Source: Methanosarcinales archaeon | Lineage (GTDB): Archaea; Halobacteriota; Methanosarcinia; Methanosarcinales; Methanogasteraceae | Reading direction: 5' to 3' | Assembly: GCA_030672605.1 (NCBI GenBank) | Contig: DAOVGE010000017.1 | Coordinates: forward strand, 1-47,960 | DNA: 47,960 nt | Part shown: one piece after another, positions 44,479 through 47,960 of the stretch | How the letters are laid out: every line of letters begins with the position of its first letter | Position numbering within the stretch: the stretch's first letter is position 1 | Position numbers and translations under genes: made by a program | The notes under the pieces: model-generated | The model's input: the letters and a program-made list of their open reading frames with translations, nothing else | The model's database searches: none | What the model was told of the DNA's origin: nothing

Positions 44479-47400
44479 GTCCATAGCAATTTTCACGATC
44501 TCCCTGCTTCTTGCCATCTCTCTGTGCGGTCAGCTTTCGTGCGGACAGGAAGAGCCGGCAAAGCGTGTGCTTGTGCTGAATTCGTATCACAAAGGGTTTC
44601 TCTGGACTGACAACACCGTGAAAGGAATTGAGTCGGTCGTGGGATCCGAAGAAAATGATATTGAACTCACGATAGAATATATGGATACCAAATCCATAAC
44701 ATACGATGCCCGGTACAAAGAGAAATTATATGACTTGTATCAATATAAGTACGGTAACCAGACATTTGACATGATCCTATCTACCGATGATAACGCATTT
44801 GATTTTCTTCGCGAGTATTATGAAGACCTATTCCCGGGCACGCCGGTAGTCTTCTCCGGGGTGAATAATCTTGAGGCTCCCAATCTTGTAGACCTGGATG
44901 TATTCACAGGGGTTATTGAGCTTATATCTGTAAAAGAGACGATAGACATTGCTTTAAGCCTGCATCCCGAGACCAGAGAGATCGTCTTTGTTGTTGACAG
45001 CACACCTACGGGAACACAACTCTGGAGCCAGATACAGGGGCTATCCGGACATTACGAAAATATCCGGATGACCCGTATTGATGACAGTTTGTCCATGGAA
45101 CAGATCGAGGAGGATCTAAGCGAGTTATCTGATGACACCATAGTGCTTTTCGTAACCTTGAATCGTGATAAGTCCGGAACGTACCACTCTTCAAAAGAAG
45201 CGGTCCCGCGTGTATGCAGAGCAAGTACGCGACCAGTATACGGGTGCTCTGTCCAGGTTCTGCCACATGGTATCGTCGGGGGCGAACTGATTGGCGGCGT
45301 TTATCACGGTCAGGTCGCAGCAACGATGGCCAAGCGCATTCTGGCGGGGGAAGCGGTGCGGGATATTCCAGTGATAACAGAGCCGCAGACCCAACCCATG
45401 TTTGATTATAATCAGATGCATCGGTGGGGTATCAAGGAGTCTGACCTGCCCGAAGGCAGCATTATTGTCAATAAACCTTATTCATTCTATGAAGAGAACA
45501 AAGGGCTGATCTGGGGTATAATTGCTTTTATGATCGTTCAAACGCTGATCATCGTTGCTCTTGTTGTGAATCGGTCAAGGCGCAAGGCTGCTGAGGATGA
45601 ACTCAGGGAGAGCGAGGATCGATTCCGGACGATTTTTGATTCGATCAATGATTGCGTCTTCATCCATGACATAGAGACCGGAGCGATCCTTAACGCCAAC
45701 AACACGACGTGTAACATGTACGGATATGCCCGCGAGGAACTCCGCAGAATCGATGTGCAAACCATAAGCATGGGCGAAGCGCCGTACGCTCAGGAAGACG
45801 CTATAAAGTGGATACAGAAGGCAGCAGCAGGGGAACCACAGGTCTTTGAATGGAGGGCTAAGCACAAATCCGGACGTCTGTTCTGGGTGGAAGTGAGTAT
45901 GAGAAGTGCGGTCGTTGGGGGGCATGACCGTCTGCTGGTGGTTGCGCGTGACATCACAGAGCGAAAAAGCGCGGAGGAGAGGATGGCACACCTCAACCGT
46001 GTATTGCGTGCCATCAGAAACGTTAGCCAGCTCGTCACAAAGGAACATGACCGGGACCGGCTGCTTCAGGGCGCTTGCAACAACCTTATCGAGACTCGCG
46101 GGTATCACAATGCATGGATCGCCCTGATAGACGGATCAGGGACTCTTGTAACGACTGCCGAAGCAGGACTGGGTGAGGCGTTTGCGCCCATGGTCAACCG
46201 GCTGGAGCATGGGGAGTTGATCGAATGCGGACAGAAGGCGCTTTTGCAATCCGGGGTTGTAATGATAGATGATCCGATTTCTGCCTGCGTGGATTGTCCT
46301 CTGGCGGAGAGGTATGAAGGCAGAAGGGCAATGACCGCCCGGCTGGAACACGAAGGAACGGTTTATGGTCTCTTTTCTGTCGCAGTACCTGCAAAACTTG
46401 CTGCGGACAGGGAAGAGCAGGAATTGTTTAAGGAGGTCGCCGGAGACATTGCTTTTGCCCTGTACAATCTCAAACAGGAGGAGAAGCGCAAACGCGCGGA
46501 AGATGCGCTGGCAGAAAGCGAGAAAAAGCTCTCGCAGATAATTAATGGAAGTTCAACGCCGCTCTTTGTGATTGACAGGGCGCACACAGTCACACACTGG
46601 AACAAGGCGTGTGAGAATCTGACCGGCGTCTCTGCAAAGGAGATGGTGGGAACCAGAAGACCGTGGTCGCCCTTTTATTCTACAGAAAGACCTGTTCTGG
46701 CAGATATTATAGTGGACGGATCAACAGAGGAAGAGATAGCCGGATACTACGGCGGCAAGTTCCGGAAATCAGCTCTTATTGATGGGGCTTACGAGGTTGA
46801 AGATTTCTTCCCGGGGTTTGGCGATAAATGGCTTTTCTTAACTGCCGCGCCATTGAGAGACGACCATGGGGCTGTGACCGGGGCGATAGAGTCCCTGCGG
46901 GATATCACAGAACGCAAAAGCGCGGAGGAAGCGCTGCGTGAGAGCGAGGAAAAGTACAGGGTACTGTTTGAAACCGCTAAGGATGCTATATTCCTGAGTG
47001 ATGAGGCTGGAAAGTTTATTGATGTCAATTCTGCGGCTTCCCTATCGCTTGGATATAGTAGGGAAGAACTGTTAAAAATGAGCAACAAGGAGGTTGATGC
47101 AGACCCGATAGGATACGAAACATTTACGAAAATTCGGGAGGGGGTGGTGAAAGAAGCAGTCTTTGAGGTGAACCATAAGAGGAAAGATGGGACGCTCGTA
47201 CCTGTGGAGATCTCCGAGAAAGCCATCGAAACTGATGGCAGTAAAATCTTCCTGGCGATTGCCCGTGACATCACCGAGCGCAAACGGGCGGATGAGAAAT
47301 TGAAGCGAACCCTGGCAGACCTGAAACGTTCGAATACCGACCTGGAGCAGTTTGCGTACGTTGTATCACACGACCTGCAGGAGCCGCTGCGCATGGTCAC

Positions 47401-47960
47401 TTCTTATGTGCAGCTTTTGTCGCGGCGATACGCTGGCAAGCTCGACTCCGATGCCAATGATTTCATCGATTTTGCCGTGGATGGCGCAAGCCGCATGCAA
47501 ACGCTGATCCAGGACCTGCTGACCTATTCTCGTGTGGGTACACGTGGCAAGCCGCTTACACCGACCGACTGTGAAGAGGTCCTTGAGCGGGTACTCGCCA
47601 ATCTGAAATTAGCTATTGAGGATACCGGTGCGGTGATTACATATAATGCCCTGCCGACCATAAATGTAGATGCCTCGCAACTTAGTCAATTGTTACAAAA
47701 CTTAATCGAAAACGCAATCAAGTTCCATGGCGAGGATGCGCCGCGTGTTCATGTCGCAGCAGAGCAAAGAGATGATGAATGGCTCTTCTCATTGGCTGAT
47801 AACGGCATCGGGATTGCGCCTGAATACTTCGAGCGCATCTTTGTGATATTCCAGCGGCTGCACGGCAGGGACGAGTATTCAGGAACCGGGATCGGTCTTG
47901 CGGTCTGCAAGAAGATTGTGGAGAGGCACGGCGGCAGGATGTGGGTGGAATCAGAGCAGG
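44462..47960 (+). CDS. Sensor histidine kinase 3, 3'-partial (periplasmic ABC-substrate-binding-like domain, TM, PAS, Cys-containing GAF-like, 2 PAS, HisKA, HATPase_c)
   Basis: I translated this frame by eye from ATG 44462 and found no stop up to the window end, which explains its absence from the ORF track. N-domain: RVLVLNSYHKGFLWTDNTVKGIES...IEYMDTK...FDMILSTDDNAFDFL. TM: LIWGIIAFMIVQTLIIVALVV. H-box: FAYVVSHDLQEPLR. Confidence 0.85.
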   Translation, partial: MSTWSKSIAIFTISLLLAISLCGQLSCGQEEPAKRVLVLNSYHKGFLWTDNTVKGIESVVGSEENDIELTIEYMDTKSITYDARYKEKLYDLYQYKYGNQTFDMILSTDDNAFDFLREYYEDLFPGTPVVFSGVNNLEAPNLVDLDVFTGVIELISVKETIDIALSLHPETREIVFVVDSTPTGTQLWSQIQGLSGHYENIRMTRIDDSLSMEQIEEDLSELSDDTIVLFVTLNRDKSGTYHSSKEAVPRVCRASTRPVYGCSVQVLPHGIVGGELIGGVYHGQVAATMAKRILAGEAVRDIPVITEPQTQPMFDYNQMHRWGIKESDLPEGSIIVNKPYSFYEENKGLIWGIIAFMIVQTLIIVALVVNRSRRKAAEDELRESEDRFRTIFDSINDCVFIHDIETGAILNANNTTCNMYGYAREELRRIDVQTISMGEAPYAQEDAIKWIQKAAAGEPQVFEWRAKHKSGRLFWVEVSMRSAVVGGHDRLLVVARDITERKSAEERMAHLNRVLRAIRNVSQLVTKEHDRDRLLQGACNNLIETRGYHNAWIALIDGSGTLVTTAEAGLGEAFAPMVNRLEHGELIECGQKALLQSGVVMIDDPISACVDCPLAERYEGRRAMTARLEHEGTVYGLFSVAVPAKLAADREEQELFKEVAGDIAFALYNLKQEEKRKRAEDALAESEKKLSQIINGSSTPLFVIDRAHTVTHWNKACENLTGVSAKEMVGTRRPWSPFYSTERPVLADIIVDGSTEEEIAGYYGGKFRKSALIDGAYEVEDFFPGFGDKWLFLTAAPLRDDHGAVTGAIESLRDITERKSAEEALRESEEKYRVLFETAKDAIFLSDEAGKFIDVNSAASLSLGYSREELLKMSNKEVDADPIGYETFTKIREGVVKEAVFEVNHKRKDGTLVPVEISEKAIETDGSKIFLAIARDITERKRADEKLKRTLADLKRSNTDLEQFAYVVSHDLQEPLRMVTSYVQLLSRRYAGKLDSDANDFIDFAVDGASRMQTLIQDLLTYSRVGTRGKPLTPTDCEEVLERVLANLKLAIEDTGAVITYNALPTINVDASQLSQLLQNLIENAIKFHGEDAPRVHVAAEQRDDEWLFSLADNGIGIAPEYFERIFVIFQRLHGRDEYSGTGIGLAVCKKIVERHGGRMWVESEQ

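Noticed and set aside
46789-47400. 203-aa minus-strand ORF, plus 45575-46108, 45006-45323 and others after 44478.
   Set aside because: All are antisense to the long open frame of kinase 3 (44462 to >47960), which has clear PAS, GAF-like and HisKA motifs. They appear prominent only because the true ORF is missing from the track.

Overview
This is a 47.96-kb chromosomal window from a methanogenic archaeon. The evidence is methanogen-specific genes (atwA, comE, mfnB/mfnD, mptA), an archaeal-type ProRS, exosome Csl4, and an intron-containing tRNA with a bulge-helix-bulge motif. A Methanosarcinales / Methanothrix-like origin is inference only. About 45 protein genes lie on both strands, mostly housekeeping and cofactor biosynthesis. 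The intergenic regions are saturated with at least six families of short palindromic MITE-like repeats, and no transposase gene is present. Three things stand out. (i) An operon at 34096-36536 encodes two KaiC/RecA-like proteins with broken Walker A motifs, one of them fused to an intact small GTPase. They are followed by Roadblock/LC7 and a YhbY-like RNA-binding protein, which resembles conservon / MglAB logic. (ii) A tandemly duplicated sensor array runs from 37303 past 47960 in the order kinase, lipoprotein SBP, kinase, SBP, kinase. It has ATGA-coupled junctions and mosaic near-identical transmitter modules, with no response regulator or ABC permease in view. The third kinase (44462 to >47960) is missing from the supplied ORF track because it runs off the window. 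(iii) The repeat landscape itself is unusual. It includes a MITE family with 9-bp target-site duplications (TSDs), an in-frame MITE insertion in a nucleotidyltransferase gene, nested insertions, and 8-10-bp phased motif arrays shared by several families. All functional calls rest on motif and family recognition by eye; no database search or alignment program was run.
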